A program made the translations under genes and the position numbers. Shown piece by piece: positions 25,101 to 36,584 of a stretch of 64,000 bases of DNA. Position 1 is the first letter of the stretch. Every line of letters begins with the position of its first letter. The notes beneath the pieces were generated by a model. The model ran no database searches and was not told the origin of the DNA. It saw nothing but the letters and a program-made list of their open reading frames with translations. The stretch is from Selaginella moellendorffii (Eukaryota; Plantae; Lycopodiophyta): the NCBI RefSeq assembly GCF_000143415.4, contig NW_003314274.1, positions 2,338,623 to 2,402,622 on the forward strand, in the 5' to 3' direction.

Positions 25101-25597
25101 TCCACCCCCGCCGCCGCCACAATTCCCCACGTCTGGCAAGCGCCGGCGACGATCGGCGTGGTCGCGAAGAGCAATCTCTCCAGCGCGATCACCACCGAGG
25201 GATTCTCGAGCTGCAGCCAGCGGAATTGGAGCGATGCCCAGACGCCAATGAGAAAGATGAGCTCCATGAGCACGAGCAGTCCCAATCCCTGGAGAGCCCA
25301 GCTGGAGCTGGAGAGGTTGATCCCTGTGACGAAAAACGCGATCCCGGCCGCGAACAGCGATCCCCAGACCCCGAAGAAGGCCGCGCGCTTGAGGAGGAGA
25401 GAATCTAGAATGTAGGAGATCATGAGTCCTACCGTGAGCGTGGCCGACACCGGCTTGCCGCCCATCCCGAGCATCAGAGCGGCGCACGGTGCCAGCGCCA
25501 TGCCCATCCTCGCATTGTGCTTGAAGCCCGTGGATCGGAGCTCGTCCACGGGCGGGCGCCTCGACGCCGCCATCCCTGTTCTTGAGGAAGAGCTCAT
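22197..25597 (-). CDS. NEF1: NO EXINE FORMATION 1-like multi-pass membrane protein, multi-exon
   Basis: HNARMGMALAPCAALML..GGKPVSATLTVGLMISYILDSL, WLQLENPSVVIALERLLFA, EGAWMPAVGNIAT, ILLLLNQD..GFGDRQRY and C-terminal GMKYI match my recollection of NEF1. Confidence 0.88.
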
Positions 25598-25634
25598 AAA
25601 CCCTAAATTCTGGCGAGATGCCCTAGGCGCGCGG

Positions 25635-26552
25635 ATGACGATGGCGATGACGATTCTAGCCCTCAGAGCGCCGGCGCAGGCGTTGTCGATCGCTCCTCGA
25701 TCGAGTAGGCTGCTGCTACTGAATCGCGGGATGGCGCTTCGCGGCGATCGCTCCTCCTTGCGTGCCCGGGCGTCGAAATATTCCAATCTGGAGCTCGAGG
25801 AGAAGGGGGAGAAGCGCAGGAAGCCAGGGAATGCTCTCTACCTCCTCCTCCTCGCAAATCTCGGCGTCTACGCGCTGGATCACTGGCTGGAGGTGAGTTG
25901 CGCGCTCGCGATTCCGGGATTTCCATGGCATTGCTCTTGATGGATCTAGGTACCAGGTATGAAGCTGCTCTACCTCTATCACAATTCCCCGCGCTGGTAC
26001 CAATTCATCACCGCGACCTTCTGCCATGGAAACTGGGGCCACATTTCCAGCAATCTCTTCTTCCTCTACATGTTTGGCAAGCTCGTGGAGGAAGAAGAGG
26101 GGGGATTTGGGCTGTGGGCGTCTTACATTGTGACCGGGGTTGGAGCAAATCTTCTCTCCTGGCTGCTCCTCCCTGGAAACGTTGTGTCGATCGGAGCCTC
26201 TGGAGCGGTGTTTGGATTGTTCGCGATCAGCGTTCTTGTCAAGGTTGGTTTTCTCTCCGGGACAATTGTTTCAAGATTTTTTATCTTTCACTCTTTCCAT
26301 AGCTGAGCTGGGATTGGAGAAAGCTGCTCGAGGTGTTGGTGTTGGGACAATTTGTTGTGAACAAGGTAAGAACATAACTCCATTTGCGCTGACAAGAGAA
26401 TTCGAGTTCCTGGGAAAAAGGTGGTGGAAGAGACTCAAATGCTGCAAGCTGCGTCGAGTGTGAATCACGTAGCACACTGCGCTGGAGCAATGGTTGGCGT
26501 GCTGCTCATCTGGGCTCTAAGCAAAATTCCAGCTCAAAAACACGACCATTGA
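25635..26552 (+). CDS. RBL11: Rhomboid-like intramembrane protease (RBL11-like, plastid-targeted), 4 exons
   Basis: Transit-peptide-like N-terminus, WYQFITATFCHGNWGHISSN, catalytic GASGA and NHVAH. Stop TGA at 26550-26552. Confidence 0.8.
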
Positions 26553-27039
26553 TCTATTTTTTGTATGTTCACATCCAACGGCTCTGCTTCTTTTAGTTTA
26601 CACCATTAAAGACCATTTTTACGTATAAAGTTGATAATTTAGTGAAAATGGAGGGCGGAGCGGTATGCAATTTGGTTGATTGTCCATTTGGTTTTCAACA
26701 TTAACAACTTGCTTGAATGCATGGGATGAATGGGTTTATGGCCCATGAATAGCACATAGCATCGATTATTGCTATGGGCATGATGCCCCATCTGGGGCAT
26801 AAGGATTGGATATTCATAAAATATTTTATACTTCTGTTTTTTTCACACTCATATTACATGTGGACTAATAGCAGCCAGACACGTGGTATGAGTGAAATCT
26901 ACTGTTGTAATATCCACCCTCACAGTCAGAGAGATTTTTAGTGCGCCTGAATGGCTGAGTCAAATCAATTACTTCAGGCGTCTTCTTCGTTTGCAATTTC
27001 TTGGAAAATTTACACTGTGGCGTTTGTTTTCGATTCCAG

Positions 27040-28490
27040 ACTTACAATCAAATGAAAAATCTTGTGGAACAGAAATACGGACTTCATCTAGATGCCATAC
27101 ATCTTCCTGGACAGACTTTAGAACAAGGGGTGGATATTCTGGAGATTATGCGTAACATTCACATCTTTGTAGCTTGCTACACTTACAACCTCAACACTCA
27201 GGTGCATTATACAACATTCACTGTGACTGTTTCTGTTGATCATATGTGTAGATCTTTGTGGAAAAACCTTCAAATGCTCGGAGTCGGAAGCACTTGAACC
27301 GTCAACGTGAAACATGTTGCAAACTCGATACGTACACACGGCACGGGAATAATGAATGCCACAGTCAATTTCGCATATCAATATCTGGCTCAGAAATTTG
27401 TTGTCTTTTATCAGTTTCTGTTTGATGATCACATCAAATCTCGTTTGGTAAAGGAACATTTTGACGTTTTTTTTTCTTGACTAATGGTTTTAATAGGAAC
27501 ACAAGATGAGACCTGACTATGGCTACCCCATGGCGAGAGCTGAGAAGCTGAATAAAGACATAAAAAAACTGAGTTTTCTTGATCAATTTCGCTCTCTAAT
27601 ATCTGAAATGGGGAATTCTCTCGGCTTTGTTAGAATGGTGCGTCTCGGAGGTCTGCATTACTGCACTACAGCATGCGGGTATGTGATTTTGAAGTTATAA
27701 AACCAACTTATGTATATCAAAACCTCTTCCGGGTTTTTGTAGTTCTATACCGGATCAAAACATCAAACAGAATTTTGAGGAGGCAGCCAGGAGCCTTCAT
27801 TTGCCTTCTTTAGCAGTTCAGGCCGGGCAGCTACTAGAAAACGCTTTGAACAGCCAAAAGCTATCCGTTGACGAGAGTAGCTATTTCGCCATCCTCACAA
27901 ATGTTTTTTATCAGGTTGTTTTCATTCTCACAAAGTTTGACAATGGTACTATTAAGTTTTCATCGGCTCCGCAGGAACTTCAGAGTAACGGCTATGTACA
28001 CCTGAAGGATTTCTTCTTGATGGTTCCTGCTTTGACGATAAATGCAGCAGACGCAATGCATCAGTCGAAAGAAAAGCTTCATAAGCGCGGGCGAGATGCT
28101 GTTAACGCCATGTCTACAGACGACGGTTTTGCTCTTGGAATCGCCTACATTCTCAAGGTTCATAACGTTGTTGATTGTAAGACTCACTTATGACTTGCTG
28201 CTTGTGTTAAGCAGGTGCTTGATCAGGACAAACAGTTCAATTCGTTGCATTGGTTTCAATCTGCGAGAGTTCATTTTCTGGCCGAGCGAACTCGTCTTCA
28301 GAATGGGTTGGATATGGACAGCATTGGAAGCGGGATGAACGGTTTGCAAGTTTGGAGTCAGAAGCTGGCTTCGCTTTCCAAAGAAGAAGCTCAGAATATG
28401 CAAACGGTTTGTGAACAAATCTGTGAAATTCACTAACCGTTTTGTTTTCAGGCCATGAAGAGGCTAACAAGTATCTTAATGGAGATCGAA
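27040..28490 (+). pseudogene. WASH complex subunit SWIP/WASHC4 C-terminal half, 5'-truncated and frameshifted
   Basis: [98 protein letters not shown] 2-bp deletion near 27300 (TTG AAC C GTC) breaks the frame. No N-terminal exons are seen. Confidence 0.8.
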
Positions 28491-28881
28491 GGCACAGTTT
28501 AAATCTTCAACTCATTTTGCACAACTGAAAACAACTCTTTCTTTGGCACTGTAGATAATTGATGATGCTTCTATGGCTTCATGGGTGTGCTAGACTGATG
28601 TCTGTCATCACATGGGTGAAAACCAACTACACAATCGAATACTTTATTCAATTTGACTTGGACTTCACATTTTAAATCTCTTCGTATTTATGTACTTAAT
28701 TCGTAGTCTTTTTAGAGCAATTATTTGTGGTTTGGTTTATTGGTGTAAGAGTTTCAACATTGCCACGGTTTTCAAGTTGAAAAATGTGATCCACCAATTA
28801 CCAAACTTGAAAGATTAATTTTCAAGATACGATTTTTTTAGCCTGGTATTTAAAAGTCATTAATGAGTGTCTGAAACTACA

Positions 28882-29363
28882 ATGGCAAAGATGGTTTCTT
28901 TTAGTGTGGTGATGGCCGTGGTGATGATCTTGTTCGGAGGAGTCCAACACACTCTTTCTCAGAGTGTAAGAATTCTTCAAAATGTCATAAGTTTCATTTT
29001 AAACTGTTTTTACAGACTTGCACCTATACCATCAAGATCAGAACAGGAACTACAGGCACGGATGAAAGGGTGGATCTCCGCTTGTTTTCTTCAGATGAAT
29101 CTGTCTTGGATTTCTCTGATCTCGATGGTCCAGGGGATGACTTTGAGAGTAACCAAGTCAATACCTTCACATTCACAGGGCGTGAATGTCATGTCATATG
29201 TGCTGCTAAGCTTACTCTCGCCCGCATTAGCATTGCTAATGCAGGCATCTGGTCATTTGAGACAATAAGCGTCACCGTGAGTAATACTTCTCAAACCAAG
29301 TTTTTTGCCGCAGGGGAACCAATACGAGGTGGAACGAGTCGTGTCGTTGGCCCCTGTACCTGA
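28882..29363 (+). CDS. Small secreted PLAT/LH2-domain protein, 2 exons
   Basis: Signal peptide, intron at about 28966-29015, then CTYTIKIRTGTTGTDERVDL...DDFESNQVNTFTF...C..IC...W. Confidence 0.7.
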
Positions 29364-29654
29364 ATACTACTCAAACTGCGTGTAGCACTTCACGTGACAG
29401 GGTTGGATAACCAGAGTCACAAATAAGTTGCATAATAAGAAATTATATTTGTGTTTGTTATCACTTAAATCCTGCACTCTCTTGTCCATCAATTTCTTTC
29501 TTTACAAATATTAAGAATTGCAATATCAGTAGTACTAAGGTGCTCCGGGAGCCCGATTATGCAGCGGTTTGTGAATTTTTACAAATCAAACAGTTAAATT
29601 TGAAATTTGAACCTGGATCTGAGAAACTGCGGCTAGATTTGATTATTGGGGTCT

Positions 29655-30225
29655 TTGGGCAGTTTAAATCTTTGCTCCTTTTGCACAAGTGAAAACAGCT
29701 CTTTCTTTGGATTGATGATGCTTCTATAGGAAACAGAGAAACAAGAAGAGATCTGATTGTGGCTACCCCGTGGCGGCTGAATTAACACATCAGAAAACTG
29801 GGCAGGCTTAGCGACGACGGATTCAATTTTTCCATCTCTAATATGTGAAATGGGGAATTCTCTCGGCTTTGTCAGAATGGTGCATCTCGGAAGTCTGCAT
29901 TACAGCATGCGGGTATGTGATTTTGAAGTTATATTACCAACTTATGTATATCAAAACCTCTTCCTCGTTTTTGTAGTTTTATACCGGATCAAAACATCAG
30001 GCAGCCAGGAGCCTTCATTTGCGGGCAGTTACTGGACAAAGCTTTGAACAGCCAAAACCTATCCATTGCCGAGAGTAACTATTTCGCCATCCTCACAAAT
30101 GTTTTTTATCAGGTTGTTTTCATTCTCACAAAGTTTGACACTGGTACTATTAAGTTTTCATCGGTTCCGCAGGAACTTCAAAGTAACGGCAATGTACACC
30201 TGAAGGATTTCTTCTTGATGGTTGC
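29655..30225 (+). pseudogene. Second, rearranged and deleted SWIP fragment
   Basis: Near-identical blocks to about 27490-28030, introns included, preceded by a copy of about 28490-28575. Confidence 0.8.
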
Positions 30226-31379
30226 TTGGTTGCGTTTCAGGCTCTGGTAACAACAGGTGAGCTTCAAACACCCACATTTGTGTTGAGTTACATGGCTGAT
30301 CTTAGCATGCATTTTGCAGCCTACTGGAAAGGTTTTTATTGCTGCTATCAAATTGTGTTCTGTCTAGTCTGCTGTAGCGACAAAATCCCCGACAATGACC
30401 AGAGCACGGTAACATTCGCCATGAACAAAGTATATTGTGCGTTAATGGATGTTATTAAAATAGAAATTAAATTTTAGATTCAATTTTGTTTTCTGTAAAA
30501 CTATGTTAATATCTTATAATTTGAAAGTTGACCTGTTTTTGGGAAACTTTCTTGGTTTCAGAAAAGCAATTTGGTAGCTAGCTCATATATGTCGGCAATG
30601 CGTTATCATCTCGTCTTCTTCATGCAATATAGTCCTCTCCAATCGTCGGTCGACATCCAGTTAATATATATAGATTCGTGATTTAATTTCGTCAATCATT
30701 TGCAACTACAACACTTCAAACCACATGCTAAACAAAATGTGAGATGCTCACCTGATCCGATCCGGATAAATGGAATCACGACCATCTTCACCAGCCTTCA
30801 ACTTCCCAAACCTGAGGTGCCTGTCCATAAACTCAACAACTCTTCGTAATCATACTTGTCAAACATATCACATGTATATGGCCATACGTCACAGCTGCAC
30901 CTGTTTAAAAATATAGCTTCAGGAATGCATTGCTTCGGGAAAGAAGATCTGTGTACTAGCTGGGCCGACGTTTTCCTGACCTGTTATTAAACAGTCGAAA
31001 CTTCTGAACCTCGTTTACCGTACGCGTGGATCTTAACATAGCCACTCCCCCATTTCTTAAATAAACTGGAGCCTGTGAAATCTGAACTTCCAGAAATGAA
31101 GGGATTTAGGGCATACTCGCGTGCAAGGCCCATAACCTGTTGAGAGAAAAACGGAAATTGAGCTTTTGTGAATTGAACGAATTGTGAAATAAAGTCTGAT
31201 GATGCCACATGGCATGCACCCATTGAGCCATGTGGCTGAGTTAATGTTGAACTTCAACAGGATTGCCTATCCCACTGTTGGTCGTGTCAGTTGTTTCAAA
31301 TCATGTAATTATACACTGATAGTTAGTTTATGGGATGCATAATTTTACACATGGTTTATGAACGAGAGCTGACGGCTTT

Positions 31380-31620
31380 GATCGGCCGTCGCCAAGGTGC
31401 CGGCCTTAGGGCGCCTCTTCCTCCGCCATAGCAGGGGACAATCGGGTGCTGCAGATCGCCATCGCCGCTCAATGCCATCTCCGCCTCCACCATCGGATCT
31501 TTGCCTCCACCATTGGATCTTTGCCTCCACCACCCAACACCGCCCAGAAGAAGCTTTGATCGCCATCGCCGCAGTGCCATCTCCGCCTCCGCCATCGGAT
31601 CTTTGCCTCAACGCCGCGCA
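31380..31620. repeat. GC-rich degenerate repeats (atcggatctttgcctc x3; gatcgccatcgccgc x2)
   Basis: Directly visible at about 31492, 31512 and 31594. Confidence 0.6.
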
Positions 31621-32022
31621 AAAGAAGGGTTGATCGCTCTGCCACTCCCAATAGATAAGGCGGTTAACCATTTCCGTTAGCAATTTCGAGGATAATCCTT
31701 CTTGAAATCCCTAATTTCCTATGAAAACTATAAATGTTTAGGGTTTATCTTGTGCAGATTGCCACTCGAGATTATCCTCGATAATCGCTAACCTCGGTTG
31801 GTTATCCCTTCCAAGAAGTATTTTTGTTTGTCATATTCAAGGCTGGCCATGCCAAATCTGAACCGCATATGCCTTTTTTTAATCAGTGGTTAAACCGTTT
31901 ACCTACTGTTTAACGTTTTGTCAAGGGATATTCCCAAACGGATTAAAAAAAGCAGCTAGGCCACTAAATGCATTGAAAACTGTAGTATGAACCGCGCGTT
32001 TGAAGCTCAAAGGGTTGATTGA

Positions 32023-32564
32023 TCAAGCGTTGTTGTTTGTTCGCTCTAGTCGCAGCTGCAAGAATTTCCTGTAAAGTGCAGCCTGCTTGTACAGGGCACC
32101 CCCCTGTTGAAGGTGCTCCATCTCTGGATCCTCACAGAAGAGCACAGTCGCACTCTTGAACCTCGCCCACTGCACCGCCGAGGGGCCTCCTTTGAAGCTC
32201 CTCAGCTCGGGAATGAACCTCATCTTCAGCTCGTTCAACCGCCCTTCCTCCATCTGCAGCTGCTTCAGCAGCCTCCTGCTCGCCTCAACGCCCTCAGGAA
32301 TCTTATACACCTCATGCATATCAACGGAAGAAGCGCTGCAGCAACATCCTCCCAAGCCTCTGCGTAAACCACCCAAAAGCTCAGCTCCTCGTCATCCGGA
32401 TTCGCTTCCTGATCTGTTGTTGCAGCGCCAAGCACACTCTTCCAGATCTCATCGACCTGCGGCTTGGCCTCGCTCGAATCGGCAAGAAGCGTCTCCACTC
32501 GATCCTGCAACGAGAGCTTCCTGTACCTGCGCGTGAATCCTGCCGCTGCGACATGAGAATCCAT
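32023..32564 (-). pseudogene. Hypothetical helical protein, apparently frameshifted near 32330
   Basis: Telo-box next to the ATG at 32564. Two overlapping protein-like frames (MDSHVAAA...AALLP and VDMHEVYKIP...RTNNNA*). No recognised family. Confidence 0.4.
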
Positions 32565-33357
32565 AAACCCTAAATTCTTTTGCACTACTCCTAAATGTGG
32601 ATGGACTCCATATTTCAATAAAATTTGTATCTATGTAAGATGTGGACATCCAGTTATCCGAAATCTTTGGATAAGTTTGTGGGGTAAATAACTAGCCAAA
32701 TGCTAGTGAAAATGCAAGTCACTAGGGTAACTAAACCTCTGTTGGGTTGTTTTCACCAGAGTGTAGTTTCACTGAAAGAGGGCTGAGTAAAATAAAAATG
32801 ATATATATGTTAATAATTTTCGGTTGACATGAGGGGCGAAAATGGCGGCTGGAGTACCAGTTGTCTTTGTACCCTGTTGAGAGTGGAGAGTGCTGTCGCT
32901 ACTAACCACTTAGTGCCAAAAAAGTAAGGGAAACCTTGTAAAGAAAAATCAAACTGAGTCCCAGTGTGCTCTATTCTGCCTGGTATCTGGTTTATTGGAT
33001 GTTGTCTGATAAGAGTTTAAAGATGACAAAGTGATAATTTATACGTAAAAAGTTGATAATTTAGTGAAAATGGTGGTCCAACTTTATTTGACGCTTTTTA
33101 AAATCCTATACCTTTAATACACACATGATTTGACAAAGAATTCAATCCGGTGTAGCAAGCAGTACAACCACATACCTCTACAAACCTGCTTGCCTGTTCC
33201 TCCTGTAGAGCTATCTTATAAAATTCTCGTCGCAGCAGTAGCATGGTAGCGAGAGTCTTCTCTCGTTATTCATTCCTCCCAGTACTACTAAAGCTTGGTT
33301 TTTCGATCGAGAGGAACTTCCGATCGAGCGTACCGCAATCCACCTGTGTGTGTGTGC

Positions 33358-34420
33358 TCACTGGACCGGGTTGGGAGGATTGAGAACTCCCTGCGATCCA
33401 CAGTCGAGGTTGAGGCCCGGATCCACGTCCTTGTCGATGATGTTGAGGAAATAGTTGTAGTGGGCGATCCGGTCCTCCATCTTTGGATCGCTGCCGTGGC
33501 CACACTCGTCGTCTCCAGCCATGATGTTGATCGTCATTCCAAATCCGGGGCTCCTGAACGACAGAGTGTCGTTCCTGGATGGCTTCCACTTGTTGACCAT
33601 CACCTCGTGTGGAGATGGCTGCTTGGGCTTGACGGGAGTGATCCACTTGAAGATCGCCGCCTGGAACGCCACTGTCGCGTTCTCGCTAACCATCTCTGGG
33701 TGATTCATGAGGTCGAGCTTGAGGTACTTTGCAGCGGGTCCATAGTTGTAGTTCCTGGCAAAACACAAGGAATAAGGAAAATCCCGGTTTTGGATCGAAG
33801 AACTTACCAGTAGAGTGGGAGAGCTCCTCGTCCATGGTAGCTGACACCTTTGGAGCAAGGATAGAGGAAACTATCCTCGCAGTAGATCTTTGGTGGACTA
33901 AGTTCTTCCTTGTAGCAAAGCCCCCACGCGTAAGGTCCCCCTTTAGCTGCCGAATAGCCACCTGAAATTTTCGCAAAGCAAAGCATTAGCCACGAGAGAA
34001 ATTTAAAACTCTTCTCTAAGAGAGATCTAAGAAAGCGCTTGTTCTTCCCTGGAGCTCTAGCAGATCTAAGAACTTACAAGTCGTCTCATGGGCCACATGA
34101 GCTAGAAATGCCGCAATCTCCCTCTTCTGGACCGTCTCGCCGCCAGTGACCCCAAACCCCTCTTTCTCCATGGTTTTGGCGGCCGTGATGAACGAGTAGT
34201 GGTCATAGAATCCCTGCGCGTGCGTCTGCGGCTCATTCCTGTGATTGAACATCAAATCGAAGAGATCGCTGGTGAAGATCTCGGCCACCGTCTTGTTCTT
34301 GGGCTTGGCGGCGAGCGCTACATTGTCCCCCCCCTTGGCCGCGGCCAATCCCGCGAATCCCAGCACCACTAGCACCCCCAGGAGCGCAATGCAGGAGGAG
34401 GCCGCCATACCTCGATTCAT
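33358..34420 (-). CDS. GH19 chitinase-like protein (CTL1/POM1-type), 3 exons
   Basis: Signal peptide, SFITAA, AAFLAHVAHETTC|GYSAAKGGPYAWGLCYKEE, YHGRGALPLYW|NYNYG, DLMNHPE...NATVAFQAAI, KWKPSRNDTLS. Confidence 0.9.
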
Positions 34421-34740
34421 CCCCTGCCCGATCGCTAGAACCCTAGCTCTCCCAAGCCCTGGACTAGAATTTTTCTAGAGCGCCCTTCTTCGCTCCTCGC
34501 ATTGTGTGACTTACCATCTACTGCATTGCAGGTGGGAAAATGGACCCCTGGCCAGCCAAGCTAGCGCTTTCACGAATACAAACGTGCCACGTGTAAGATT
34601 CGGAATAATATTTGCCACCGGACGGCAGATGCTTTGTGGGTCCGAGGTCGAAGGTTCAAATCCCATCCCCAGTACGCGCCGACACGCGAATCTATTGATT
34701 CTCTCTTTCTTCCTCGTAGGGTTTAGGGTTCCAACGAGCA

Positions 34741-36469
34741 ATGGCGCCGAATCCTCGGTGCTACATGGACATCAGCATTGGAGGCGAGCTCGAGGGCCGG
34801 ATCGTCGTGGAGCTCTTCGCGGATATTGTTCCGCGCACCGCCGAGAATTTCCGGGCGCTGTGCACTGGCGAGAAAGGCGTCGGTTCTTCCGGATATCCGC
34901 TCCATTACAAGGTATTTGTTGTCTCTCTATATTTCCTTTATTGCATTTGCATTTTTCACTGCGAGAGTTTTATATGTTTTCCTCCAACTCTCATTCGGAG
35001 TTTTTCTTCTTAGATGATCTCTGTTTCTTCTCGATGAAAAATCCTTCCGTTTCTTCACTTTTTCACTGACTTCTCTGCATTTTCATTGCGAGAATTTTAT
35101 CTCTGTGTGAAGTTTTTCTTCATGCCTGTGTGAGATCATCTAGAAAAGTCATCTCCTTTTCTTCCAGCATCTCACTGACTTCTTCGTCTCTTTTGCAAAC
35201 AGGGCGTGTCTTTTCACCGCGTCATCAAAGGCTTCATGATCCAAGGCGGCGACTTCACCGCTGGCGACGGCACCGGCGGCGAATCCATCTACGGCCTCAA
35301 GTTCGACGACGAGAACTTCAAAGTGAAGCACGAGCGCAAGGGGCTGCTGTCCATGGCCAACTCGGGGCCCAACACCAACGGCTCCCAGTTCTTCATCACC
35401 ACCGCTCGAGCCTCACATCTCGACGGCAAGCACGTCGTGTTTGGCAAAGTTCTCAAGGGAATGGGCGTGATTCGCAGCATGGAGCACGCTATAACGGACG
35501 ACAAGGACCGGCCCGTGAATCCCCTGGTGGTGACCGAGTGTGGAGAGCTTCCGGAGGGAGCCGATGATGGAGTGTCGCTCTTCTGGAAGGACGGTGATAT
35601 ATTCCCGGACTGGCCAGCGGACTTGCCCGAGCAGCCAGAGGAGTCGGCCTGGTGGGTGTCGGCCGTGGAGACCGTCAAGAGCCTGGGAAACGATTGCTTC
35701 AAGGTGTGATTCGTTTCTTTCCTTTTGTTCGTTTGCATTCTATAGAGCTTTGGAACGTTATGTTTTTCTCCGTAGCGTGGCGACTACAAGATGGCGCTTC
35801 GCAAGTACAGAAAAGCCTTGAGATATTTGGACGTGTGCTGGGAAAAGGAAGAGATAGACGAAGGTTTGTCTCGCTCTTGTTTCGTTGGTTTCGAAAAAGC
35901 GTTCTTTTGCTTTGTTTTTGGCAGAGAAGAGTAACAATCTGCGGAGGATTAAGTCCTTGGTTCTCACCAACAGCGCTGTAAGTCTCTATCTTTCTCTTAT
36001 CTTCCTGCTTGGCCTCACTCTTTTGGTGCTTCAGGCCTGCAAACTTAGAGTTGGCGATGCTCGGGGTGCTCTGGTAGACACGGAGTACGCCATGAACAAT
36101 GGAGAACCCAATGTGAAGGCACTGTTTCGACAAGGCCAGGTGATTGTCACTGTATTTTTCTGCTTTTTCTAAGCTCTTCCTATTCTCTGTAGGCATACCT
36201 GGCTTTAAACGACCTGGAAGCAGCAGTGGCAAGCCTGAGCAAAGCTCAAGAGATCCAGCCCAACGATGGTAAGTTCGATCTTTGCTCGTTCTTCTTCCAC
36301 TTCTAGAAGCCAATCGTTGTTTGACTGAGCAGCTGGTATCCGGAAAGAGCTCACAACAGCTAAGAACAAGGTAACGAAACGTTGTTGCTGGATCGATTAC
36401 CTAGTGGTATTACAGATACTAGCGAGACGGGATCAGGAACGCAAGGCCTACTCTAAAATGTTCCAGTGA
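34741..36469 (+). CDS. CYP40: Cyclophilin-40 (PPIase plus TPR), multi-exon
   Basis: [50 protein letters not shown] region [37 protein letters not shown]. Confidence 0.95.
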
Positions 36470-36584
36470 GTACCTAGCCGGTGGAGGCGACCAAAGTTTT
36501 GTCTGCGTGGTAGCATGTGACAATGTGCACGGGCCGCTCAAAATTTGCTCCATTGTAAATGCTCTCCCCTCTCTCTTTCTCTCT

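Noticed and set aside
20563-25940. Long antisense and alternative-frame ORFs over the F-box and NEF1 genes
   Set aside because: Expected shadow ORFs in GC-rich coding DNA; no recognisable motifs.
30590-31260. Spliced gene fragment on the minus strand
   Set aside because: Splice-like signals are present, but the frames contain stops and no family was recognised.
34615-34675. tRNA gene (GGTCGAAGGTTCAAATCCC B-box-like)
   Set aside because: No A-box/D-arm or acceptor stem can be built upstream; at most an isolated B-box-like motif.
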